DNA of 64,000 bases. Origin: a virus (Duplodnaviria > Caudoviricetes). The notes beneath the pieces are model-generated. The model did no database searches. It was given only the letters and a program-made list of their open reading frames with translations, and was not told where the DNA came from. Below, piece after piece: positions 7,663-16,157 of the stretch (positions are counted from its first letter, which is position 1; each line of letters opens with the position of its first letter). The DNA lies in the IMG/VR virus record IMGVR_UViG_3300037067_009382, positions 1 to 64,000 of that record, one strand, 5' to 3'. The translations under genes and the position numbers were made by a program.

Positions 7663-9616
7663 TTTCCTCTCCTATTTTTGATACGCCATTCTTTTTCGTT
7701 ACGTGTGCAATGTTATCGAAGTACATTTGTAACTCTGGATTATGTGAGATGACGAACACCGAATCCTTGTGGGACAATTCCTGCTTCAACAGCTCGATAA
7801 ACCTCTCTAGTCCCTCAGTGTCTAAGTTAGACGTCACTTCATCGAAGAACGCGATTCCTAACGCTCTTCGGTGACGACTAGCAATTAGTTCTTGCAAGGC
7901 TAATGCTAGACACAGATTGATCCTTTGACGTTCACCTGCTGATGCTCCATTGAAAATATCTTCACCAACTCCGTTCAGAACTTGGATGGACATCTTCTCA
8001 CGTGCCTCTCCGGTCTTGAGTTGTGACTGTGTGGAGACAATGATTCGATATTCGTCACCTAACATGATCCGTCCAAACTTATTGGCACTCTGTTCGAGTA
8101 ACGGCGTGACGTTGTCGAGTATGAAAGATTTAAGTCCTTGATTGGAAAATCCCTTCTCCCAGAACTGGAAATAAGGAAGTAGAGCCTTGTTAGCTTCGTT
8201 TTTACCCTGGAGTGTCTTTAGCCTGTCATCTAAATCCACCAGCTCATCTTGTTTCTTGAAATACAGGTCTTGATACTCAGGCTTCTCTTCGCGAGCCTTC
8301 AATAACTGCATCTGGATGTCGCGATAGCGTGCAGACATCTGTCCACGCTTCTCGTCATCCTTCTGCGCAAGGTTAATAGCGGATTGGGCTTGCACCTTCG
8401 ACAGATTCAATCGAGAGATTTGGTCGTCGTACTGTCTGAACTGTGCATCCCTATCGGATAGTTGCTTACGCAAGTCTCTCAGTTGCACCAGATCGACATT
8501 ACCCTGAGAGAGTTGTTGGCGCAGTGATATGATAGACTCATTGATCTGGTCGATCAGCTTCGTCTTTTCTTCGACAGACAATGGCTTCTCGCAAAGTGGA
8601 CAATCAGCACCTTCGGTACTCTCAAGATATTCAAGGCGCTCGGTCTCTGCCCCAATTTGAAGCTCGATTGTTTGAAGCTCACTTCTCTTGCGTACCTCCT
8701 CGTCATTCTTCTGGAGTATGGCTGAGCGAACTACTTCGCGTTTCTGCAATTGTAATTGTAACTTCGTAAGCTGCTCGTCGATGCGCCCTATCTCTGCTTT
8801 CTTCGCAGCGATAGTTTCTTCCTGCTTGACGATCATCTCATCGGACTCTTGCTGTATGGCTGTTAGTTTGTTTTGCAATTCGGTAACGGATGCTTGTCTA
8901 CGATTCTCATAGTTCGCAATGCGTTCCTTTAGCTGTGCAGCCTCTTCCGCAACCTTTCGCATCTGCCCATCGAGTATCTCTATCTCGCGCGTGTCGGTTG
9001 AGATGTCCTTCTCGACTTGACGTTTTCTTTTTCTCGCCTCTTCCAAACACTTCTCGAGCGACTGCAATCCGAGAATCAAATCGAGTACATGTTTCCGATC
9101 TGCATCGGTGGCATTCGTAAAGTACGTAACCATCCCTTGTCCGAGAACCAGAGTCTGGATGGCTGTATCGAAGTCCAATCCTAAGATGGCGTCGATCTTC
9201 TTCTGAGTGTCTGCTACTGATGAACCTGTTAAGTCGATCTCTTGCTCCCCAGATGGATCTTCTCGTGTGGGCCCCTTACCTGAGATAAGGTGTAACTCGT
9301 TTTGGAACCGCCTGTGCTTTCGATATCGCTCAACCACATACATGACACCGTCGTCGTCTATAAACGAGACCTTTGAGAAGCAATCCTTCCCTGTGGCCCT
9401 GTTAACGATATCGTCGGAGGCAATTCCTCGTAAGGTTTGCCCCCAGAGAGCAAATGTAAACGCGTCTATGAGGGATGTCTTTCCAGAACCATTACTGCTA
9501 GCGGCGTCTGAATCGCTGTTCTGTCCCAATATCAACATTAAACCGCGGTTGCTTAAATTGAACCGCAATTCCTTATACGACATAAAATTCTGTGCAACGA
9601 CTTCGGTGAACTTCAT
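7649..9616 (-). CDS. sbcC: SbcC/Rad50 (T4 gp46-like) SMC ATPase
   Basis: Walker A SNGSGKTS, coiled coil with CPLC zinc hook, signature SAGERQR, Walker B FFDEVTSNLD. Confidence 0.95.
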   Translation of the reverse strand: MKFTEVVAQNFMSYKELRFNLSNRGLMLILGQNSDSDAASSNGSGKTSLIDAFTFALWGQTLRGIASDDIVNRATGKDCFSKVSFIDDDGVMYVVERYRKHRRFQNELHLISGKGPTREDPSGEQEIDLTGSSVADTQKKIDAILGLDFDTAIQTLVLGQGMVTYFTNATDADRKHVLDLILGLQSLEKCLEEARKRKRQVEKDISTDTREIEILDGQMRKVAEEAAQLKERIANYENRRQASVTELQNKLTAIQQESDEMIVKQEETIAAKKAEIGRIDEQLTKLQLQLQKREVVRSAILQKNDEEVRKRSELQTIELQIGAETERLEYLESTEGADCPLCEKPLSVEEKTKLIDQINESIISLRQQLSQGNVDLVQLRDLRKQLSDRDAQFRQYDDQISRLNLSKVQAQSAINLAQKDDEKRGQMSARYRDIQMQLLKAREEKPEYQDLYFKKQDELVDLDDRLKTLQGKNEANKALLPYFQFWEKGFSNQGLKSFILDNVTPLLEQSANKFGRIMLGDEYRIIVSTQSQLKTGEAREKMSIQVLNGVGEDIFNGASAGERQRINLCLALALQELIASRHRRALGIAFFDEVTSNLDTEGLERFIELLKQELSHKDSVFVISHNPELQMYFDNIAHVTKKNGVSKIGEENGQN

Positions 9617-9966
9617 CTACACCCCTCTTGCCTTCTACAGTAATTCAACGACGGTTCGAAGTGAGGTACCAGAGTGAGTAACGGTTTGTCCTTTTCCTCG
9701 ATCCCGTTCCTGAAGTGGTAGGTGTTGCAACAGTACTTGTGGCGGAGTACTCTTAGCGCTTCGAATTGCTTATCCGTTACGTTGCACATACACTTTCCAC
9801 ATTGGGGACAGTATATACCGTGGCAGGTATCACAAGTCTTTGTCTCGGCGATTGGCATGGCATATCCACACCAGTAACATGGGTGAGCTTCATTGCTAAA
9901 GTCACGTTTCCGCTTCGCTCTAACACAAGCTGGACTACCCCACACGTGTTTCTTTCTACTGTCCAA
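9613..9966 (-). CDS. Cys-rich zinc-binding protein
   Basis: Four CxxC-like pairs. Confidence 0.6.
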   Translation of the reverse strand: MDSRKKHVWGSPACVRAKRKRDFSNEAHPCYWCGYAMPIAETKTCDTCHGIYCPQCGKCMCNVTDKQFEALRVLRHKYCCNTYHFRNGIEEKDKPLLTLVPHFEPSLNYCRRQEGCR

Positions 9967-11011
9967 CTGCTCTCACGATCTCCCTACCAACTTTTATCAG
10001 TTCTTCTTTATTATACCCCTCGGTCGGTACTACGTCAGACTTAACGTATTGCTCAATCAACTCATCCGTTCCCATTGCGATGCTCAACTCTGTTCGCTTC
10101 TGGAAGGAAACGGGTTTCTCAACTTCAACCACCAATGAACTCGGCTTAACAGCGAGCACTGTCTGCTTCACCTCGTCGATATTAGTTCCGTCTCGCACGT
10201 ATACCTTTACGATATTCCCCTCGATGGCTTCCCATATCTCGGGCTTGCCATCCTTAAAATCTTTCCACTCAACGCTTACGAACTTTGGTGCCTTCACCTC
10301 AACGAACTTCACTGTATGGTTCCTGAAGTTGACATCCAGAAATCCTTTCGGATCATTCACGTCAGCGAACGTTAACGGATACAGACAACCTGGATACATT
10401 ATATTGAGTCCCAACCACTGCCTCATGTGGTAGTGGCCAGAGAACACATATTCAAAGTTACGCCACAACAGGTCTTCTTTCTTCAACGACTCGTACAAAG
10501 TGATATCGCCCAGTGCGAAAGCACCATCTATACCCTGATGCAATAGTAGTACCTTAGGATTAGGTCCGCTGGCGAATTCTTTGATGTGGGCTTTGACTTC
10601 TTCTGCGTTGCTGCTAAATGGAATACCACAAAAGTCAATTCCGAGCTTCCTTACAGTTCTAGGAGTATCGATAACTTCGGCGAATCGACTAAATGTCTGT
10701 ATGGAATGTATATTGCCGTACATAGAGGCGAGATCATGGTTGCCCACTACCATTACAAGTTCGGCAACTTTACTCAGCCTCTCGTACGCTTCAAAGGTTT
10801 GGTTAAACACGCTAACACTTACAAGTCCTCGAGCCTGAAAGACGTCACCCAGAAAGAGTATCAATTCAATGCCGTGAGACTTAGCGTAGGACTCAACCTG
10901 AGCGATTGCATTTAGCCCATCCTCTAGCCGAGAGTTATTTCCACTCGGCAGTGTAACGCTATGGGACTGATAATTGTGTGTATGGGCATCTGCAAATACT
11001 ATCGCTCTCAA
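9956..11011 (-). CDS. sbcD: SbcD/Mre11 (T4 gp47-like) metallophosphoesterase nuclease
   Basis: ADAH, LGDVF, GNHD, LLHQ and SGHYH motifs. Confidence 0.95.
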   Translation of the reverse strand: MRAIVFADAHTHNYQSHSVTLPSGNNSRLEDGLNAIAQVESYAKSHGIELILFLGDVFQARGLVSVSVFNQTFEAYERLSKVAELVMVVGNHDLASMYGNIHSIQTFSRFAEVIDTPRTVRKLGIDFCGIPFSSNAEEVKAHIKEFASGPNPKVLLLHQGIDGAFALGDITLYESLKKEDLLWRNFEYVFSGHYHMRQWLGLNIMYPGCLYPLTFADVNDPKGFLDVNFRNHTVKFVEVKAPKFVSVEWKDFKDGKPEIWEAIEGNIVKVYVRDGTNIDEVKQTVLAVKPSSLVVEVEKPVSFQKRTELSIAMGTDELIEQYVKSDVVPTEGYNKEELIKVGREIVRAVGQ

Positions 11012-11131
11012 TTCAGTACCTCATCTAAGAACTTCGGTAATTTCTCTTCCAACAGTTTTTGCTTCTCCTCGAGTCGTTTCGGAAAGGTGTCATCCTGGGG
11101 CAAATCAAGCGCAACCAACTGTACTACGGCT

Positions 11132-12214
11132 TTACTGATCTTGAGTAGCAGGCTCGCCCTCAGTAGTGACAGTTGCAATTCCCTCTTCGCTTGCATGGAT
11201 CTCTGCTGCACGTAGTGCCTCCTCGACCATTCCTTCTAAATCAATTTTCAGCTCGGCAAGTTTTACTTTGGCGTCTCTTGCCATGAATCCTGGGTTCTTA
11301 CCAATCTTGTAATAGGAACCCGCGAGGTTCACAATCCCTAGCTTCATCCCGAGCTTCAGTAAAGATTCGGTCGAATCGATACCGTGCTTGAAATCGATAA
11401 GGAATTCGGCTTCCTTAAAAGGAGGCCCGATCTTGTTCTTTATCACCTTAGCCCTTACTTTAATGGCATAGGCTTCTTTCGTTGCTTCTTTCGTGAGAAT
11501 ATCGATCCTGGCAAGATCGATCACTACTGAAGAGTGGAACATCAGTGGATGTTCTGCGATCATCGTTACGGGTGAGCCAAAGGTAACACCAACGTTGTCT
11601 CTCACCTGATTAACGAAGACCATGCAGATCCTTTGCTTGGCTAATTTCTTAACCATGTTCCGCATTCCCTGTGAAACGAGTTTGGCTGGAAGTCCGTATG
11701 TCGAATCTCCAACCTCACCCTTCAACTCTGCTTCCGGTGGTGTTGATGCAACTGAGTCCCATACGATCGTCACAAGACGTTCCTGATGTGATGCGCGTAT
11801 GGTATCAACCATCTCGTTCATCTGACCCCAAGCCTGTTCCATAGTATCAGGTTGACCTACTATCAGGTTAGGCAGATCGATTCCTAAAGCTCTCGCTCTA
11901 TCGGGATCGTAGCTGTACTCCGTATCAAGGAGTACAGCTATCCCACCACGTCGTTGTGTTTCAGCAAGGACATGAGTTGCCAGTGCAGTTTTACCTGAGC
12001 TCTCCTTTCCTCGTATACAAGTGATACGACCTACGGGAAAGCCTTTACCACCACTGATTGCCCAATCGAGCATTCGGCATTGTGTGCTGACCCAATCTTT
12101 GATGACTGAATCAGCTTCGCGTTCTCCCATCGTCAGTACCGAATCTTTGCCGAACTTCTTCGTTACTGCACCTACGATGGAATTGATATCTGCACTAAGC
12201 TTCTCGTCTGCCAT
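11132..12214 (-). CDS. recA: RecA/UvsX recombinase
   Basis: Walker A GKESSGKT, IVWDSVA, FVNQVR, VIKNKIGPPFKEAEF. Confidence 0.95.
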   Translation of the reverse strand: MADEKLSADINSIVGAVTKKFGKDSVLTMGEREADSVIKDWVSTQCRMLDWAISGGKGFPVGRITCIRGKESSGKTALATHVLAETQRRGGIAVLLDTEYSYDPDRARALGIDLPNLIVGQPDTMEQAWGQMNEMVDTIRASHQERLVTIVWDSVASTPPEAELKGEVGDSTYGLPAKLVSQGMRNMVKKLAKQRICMVFVNQVRDNVGVTFGSPVTMIAEHPLMFHSSVVIDLARIDILTKEATKEAYAIKVRAKVIKNKIGPPFKEAEFLIDFKHGIDSTESLLKLGMKLGIVNLAGSYYKIGKNPGFMARDAKVKLAELKIDLEGMVEEALRAAEIHASEEGIATVTTEGEPATQDQ

Positions 12215-12218
12215 TTAT

Positions 12219-13337
12219 CTATCCTTCGGCTTTCAATTTGCTTGCCAGCTGAGATGAAGCCGGTTGTCTCATCGGTTGCCTGGCTGGAGTTTTCGGTTTC
12301 GGATTCATTATCTCATCGCACCCTTTCTGAACGGCGCAATGTTGGCAGGCCGGATCGGTTGTATCAAGGAGCTTACCATAACAGGTAGGCATCTCAGATG
12401 TCGCTTCAGAAACGGCTGCACCAACCTCATCACCAATCGCTGGAGGTTCTTCTGAGGCGGGTTCTTCAACGACGGTCTGAGTAGGAGGTTTTGCAGCAAC
12501 TGCTGGTTTAACCGCCTGAACAGGTGGTTTCGTTGCAGTACCTTGAGTCTTGCCGGGTGAGACACTCACAGGTGGTTTAGCAGCCTGCGGAGACGCTTTC
12601 GTTCCAGTTGTACCGGGTTGAGCTTTCGCGCCTGGTCTATTCGAAGCTGGTGTCGGTCCATCGAATTGATCGGCCGCATCTTCGGCACTCATGCCTTCGT
12701 AGATCGCCTGCATCTGTTCGTAGGACGTTGTCTTCACGAAGCTGTCCAGGTTCTTCAGATTCGAAAGCAAATCCATATTCGGAATAGCGGTCGGATTCTT
12801 TCTCGCTCTGACCTGATACTTCGTATTCTCCCGGGTTGAGCCTTCGCGCTCGATAACGATATCGTAACCTGTTTCGGGATGGGTTATATCACCCCAGTCC
12901 GGATCGGCAAAGTAGGCAAGTAAGTCCTGAAGGATCTTGATGCCGCAGGTGTAAACCTGAACGCCCTTGTCAACGTTATCCAGGTCGACGATGTTCAGAT
13001 AGACGCGAGTGTTCGCTCTGATCTCGCTGGCTGCCGATTGATCTCTCGGATCCTGGCTCTGCTGTAATCGTGCATAGGCTTCGCAAATGTAACAGGGTTT
13101 ATCGAGTTCCTTCTTCAGGCATACAACCATTTTCGAATCAGGTCCGACATTCCAGTGAACGGCCGTCTCTCTCCAGAAGAGTTTCCCTTCAGCCCATGGA
13201 GGCAAGATACGGATTAAGTTCCGACCTGCTTTAGGCGTCCAGAAGTCTCCACCTGTCTGAGATTTGATTCTCTCGTACTGGCCAAGTACGGAATCGATAT
13301 TCGTTGGATGATATGTTGGGCCACCATTCTGTACCAT
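12219..13337 (-). CDS. Single-stranded DNA-binding protein (T4 gp32-like) with a Pro/Ala linker and C-terminal 4-Cys module
   Basis: FWTPK.G.N.IRILPP, H..C..CxxC zinc site, WGDITHPETGYDIVI; position next to uvsY/recA. Confidence 0.8.
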   Translation of the reverse strand: MVQNGGPTYHPTNIDSVLGQYERIKSQTGGDFWTPKAGRNLIRILPPWAEGKLFWRETAVHWNVGPDSKMVVCLKKELDKPCYICEAYARLQQSQDPRDQSAASEIRANTRVYLNIVDLDNVDKGVQVYTCGIKILQDLLAYFADPDWGDITHPETGYDIVIEREGSTRENTKYQVRARKNPTAIPNMDLLSNLKNLDSFVKTTSYEQMQAIYEGMSAEDAADQFDGPTPASNRPGAKAQPGTTGTKASPQAAKPPVSVSPGKTQGTATKPPVQAVKPAVAAKPPTQTVVEEPASEEPPAIGDEVGAAVSEATSEMPTCYGKLLDTTDPACQHCAVQKGCDEIMNPKPKTPARQPMRQPASSQLASKLKAEG

Positions 13338-13358
13338 ATTATTCCTCTCCTTATAAAA

Positions 13359-13895
13359 TTATTGCTTAACGGGTTGACGTATTGGTTGGCGTACTGGGGG
13401 TGAGCTAAACTGCTGGTCAGTCGCAACGACCTTCTTATCACGAAGCTCAACTCGGTTACCCTCATATGAGAGTCCTGGAGCGAGGGCTTTGATCATGTCT
13501 GCTCTCTGTGCGAATGACCAGGTGGCAGCTTCGAGAACTCCCACCTTGTACTTGAGTTCATAAACATCGGTGGTCTTCTTTTGCCACTCAGGATCGCGTT
13601 TGATCATTGCGTTCATCTGCGCTTCTGTTATCTTTCCACCTGCTGCCTCCTCACGAAACTTTCGATCGAGTTCGGCTTCGTAGACATCTAACGCCATCTT
13701 CGCTTTATTGTACTGAAGACGTGTCAGCTCTGTTAACGATGCCCACCATGCATACAGTTGTGGCTGGTTCTCCATTTCCTCGGAGATATTGCTTCGATCG
13801 ACTTTGAGGTCGAACATTATATCTCCTTCGTAGAGTCCGTAGTCTGGATGCACAATGCTCACTTTTAGGATCGTGCTGTTCTTATCGATTGCCAT
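13359..13895 (-). CDS. UvsY-like recombination mediator
   Basis: Helical protein with K.TE..M...IKRD pattern, adjacent to SSB and RecA. Confidence 0.6.
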   Translation of the reverse strand: MAIDKNSTILKVSIVHPDYGLYEGDIMFDLKVDRSNISEEMENQPQLYAWWASLTELTRLQYNKAKMALDVYEAELDRKFREEAAGGKITEAQMNAMIKRDPEWQKKTTDVYELKYKVGVLEAATWSFAQRADMIKALAPGLSYEGNRVELRDKKVVATDQQFSSPPVRQPIRQPVKQ

Positions 13896-13922
13896 TTCTG
13901 CTCCTCACATCTATATTATACG

Positions 13923-16139
13923 CTAGGTGCACTTAGAGTACCCACAGGCCGGACAATGTAGACACCCTTCTTGCATTATCAGCTTAGTGGAACACTCAGG
14001 ACAGAATCCAGGTACGCCCATTACTTCTTCTTCCCTCTCCTTCTTCTTCAAGGGTTGGCTGAGGGCTAAGGATCGACCTGACGTCACATCCTCATGCGTA
14101 TCCGACCATCTCTTCATTGCCTTCGCAATAGCATCTGAGCAAGAGAGTACTGCCTTATTCTCACCATCGAAAGCAAACTGCTGACAGCGATTACCTGAGA
14201 GGTGTTTGATTATGACTTCGTGTGAAACTCCAGCACGAAGTGCGATCGAAACGAGTCTCGCAACTGATTCGATCCAGGAACTGATACACGCACCAGACTT
14301 ACCAGAGGTTACCAATATCTCACGCAACCCATCTTTGTCTGAGTTAAGTGTGACGTACATCTGGCCACAACCGGTAGGACACTCTTCAGTGTATCCTTGA
14401 ATGATACGTGGTCTAACTCTAACGGCTGCGGTTCCTTCTTCGGATGCTCTCGGATTTGCCCCATCCCGTTCAATAATTTGTGTCGCCCGACTCCCATCTC
14501 TGTAAACCGTGATGGATTTGCATCCCGTTTTATATGCGAGCATAAAAGCGTTGTTGACATCTTCCTCGGTAGCATCATTCGTCATGTTAATTGTCTTACT
14601 GATGCCCGAGTCGATATACTTTTGAAACTCTCCCTGAATGCGTACATGATTGGCTGGCGAGATGTCCAGTGTGGTTAACAATACGCGTTTCCAATCATCG
14701 GGTAGCTTCTTCTTGATCTCGGCGTCGTTAGATCCGTTAGTATCGACTTGCAGATACTTTAATACCGCAGCAACTGCCTTGTTCCAAATTCGCATGTGTC
14801 CCACGCCCACTACATCTCGTTCGTATGAGAAAGCAAAGAGGGGCTCGATACCGGCAGAACAATCTGCTAACAGCGAACAGGTACCAGTTGGAGCAATAGT
14901 CGTAACTGCCAAATTGCGTAACGAAGCCTCATCCTTCAACAGAGTATCGGGTTGCTTCGGAAACGCTCCCCTCTCCTTTCCTAAAGCGAGATTCGTCCTC
15001 CAGGCCGTTTCTCTAAACTTAGAGCCCACCTCGTTAACAAACTGGAAAGCCTTCTGACTGTCGTATGGTATCTTCATCAGGATCAAGGCATCGGCAAATC
15101 CCATAAGTCCTAAGCCGATACGCCGATACGCCTTCACCATCTTGGTTATCTGAGGAAGTGGGTATTTGCATACATCAATCACATCGTCGAGAAACCTTAC
15201 GGCCAGAGCGGTTGTCTCAGCAAACCCTTCAAAGTCAAATGTCGCATCCTCACCTACTCCCCTTACGAAAGCGGATACATTAACGTGCCCAAGGTTGCAC
15301 GCATCGTATGGTGGTAGGGGCTGTTCACCGCAGGGGTTGGTTGACTCGAGCTCAATCTCGTTCCTGATAGGTGATACCTTGTTGATGGTGTCGAGAAATA
15401 CTACACCAGGCTCGCCATTCTTCCAGGCGTAATGAACTATGAGATTGAACAATTCTCGTGCATCAATCGTTTTCCAGACGGACTTAGTATGTGGGTTAAT
15501 CAACTCCCACTGGGTATTTCCTTGGACAACTGCTTCCATAAACTTGTCCGTAATGCCTACCGACAGGTTAAAGTTGGTAATGTTGCCTTCTTTCTCCTTG
15601 CACTTAATAAACTCAACGATGTCTGGGTGATCGCACCTAAGGATACCCATATTGGCACCTCTACGAGTTCCACCCTGCTTAATTGCCTCTGAAGTACCGT
15701 CGAACATCTTCAGGAACGATATCGGACCGGAACTCACGCCATTAGTTGACGATACAATATCGCCACCAGGTCGCAATCTGCTAAAGGAGAAGCCAGTTCC
15801 ACCTCCGGTCTTTTGAATTTGACCCATTTCCATTTGAGCCTTCAAAATACTGTCCATCGAATCCTCAATGGGCAAAACAAAGCAAGCAGCGAGTTGTCCT
15901 GTTCTCGCTCCGGCATTTGACAACGCTGGACTGTTACACATAAACCTGAGAGATGAGATGAGGTCTGTAAACTTCTCCTCGTACTCTACCCTCTTATCCT
16001 CGGGTTCTGCTTTCGCCACTGCTATAGCAACACGCTTAAAGACTCCCTCGGCTTCTTCTATCCTTTCGCCTTTCGTGTTCTTCATGCAGTATCGCTTTTC
16101 GAGAATGTCCTTAGCGTGCGGTGCTAGTTGTGTCATCAA
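13923..16139 (-). CDS. nrdJ: Class II (adenosylcobalamin-dependent) ribonucleotide reductase
   Basis: ACFVL, RRGANMG, TNPCGEQ, CNLG, TIAPTGT; C-terminal TSCPD-like domain and CPEC..CPAC; no nrdB partner nearby. Confidence 0.92.
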   Translation of the reverse strand: MMTQLAPHAKDILEKRYCMKNTKGERIEEAEGVFKRVAIAVAKAEPEDKRVEYEEKFTDLISSLRFMCNSPALSNAGARTGQLAACFVLPIEDSMDSILKAQMEMGQIQKTGGGTGFSFSRLRPGGDIVSSTNGVSSGPISFLKMFDGTSEAIKQGGTRRGANMGILRCDHPDIVEFIKCKEKEGNITNFNLSVGITDKFMEAVVQGNTQWELINPHTKSVWKTIDARELFNLIVHYAWKNGEPGVVFLDTINKVSPIRNEIELESTNPCGEQPLPPYDACNLGHVNVSAFVRGVGEDATFDFEGFAETTALAVRFLDDVIDVCKYPLPQITKMVKAYRRIGLGLMGFADALILMKIPYDSQKAFQFVNEVGSKFRETAWRTNLALGKERGAFPKQPDTLLKDEASLRNLAVTTIAPTGTCSLLADCSAGIEPLFAFSYERDVVGVGHMRIWNKAVAAVLKYLQVDTNGSNDAEIKKKLPDDWKRVLLTTLDISPANHVRIQGEFQKYIDSGISKTINMTNDATEEDVNNAFMLAYKTGCKSITVYRDGSRATQIIERDGANPRASEEGTAAVRVRPRIIQGYTEECPTGCGQMYVTLNSDKDGLREILVTSGKSGACISSWIESVARLVSIALRAGVSHEVIIKHLSGNRCQQFAFDGENKAVLSCSDAIAKAMKRWSDTHEDVTSGRSLALSQPLKKKEREEEVMGVPGFCPECSTKLIMQEGCLHCPACGYSKCT

Positions 16140-16157
16140 TACTCTCCTACCTATAAA

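Noticed and set aside
11008-11211. 67-aa ORF overlapping the end of recA
   Set aside because: The N-terminal half overlaps recA in another frame with no RBS; at most a ~36-aa peptide, unsupported.
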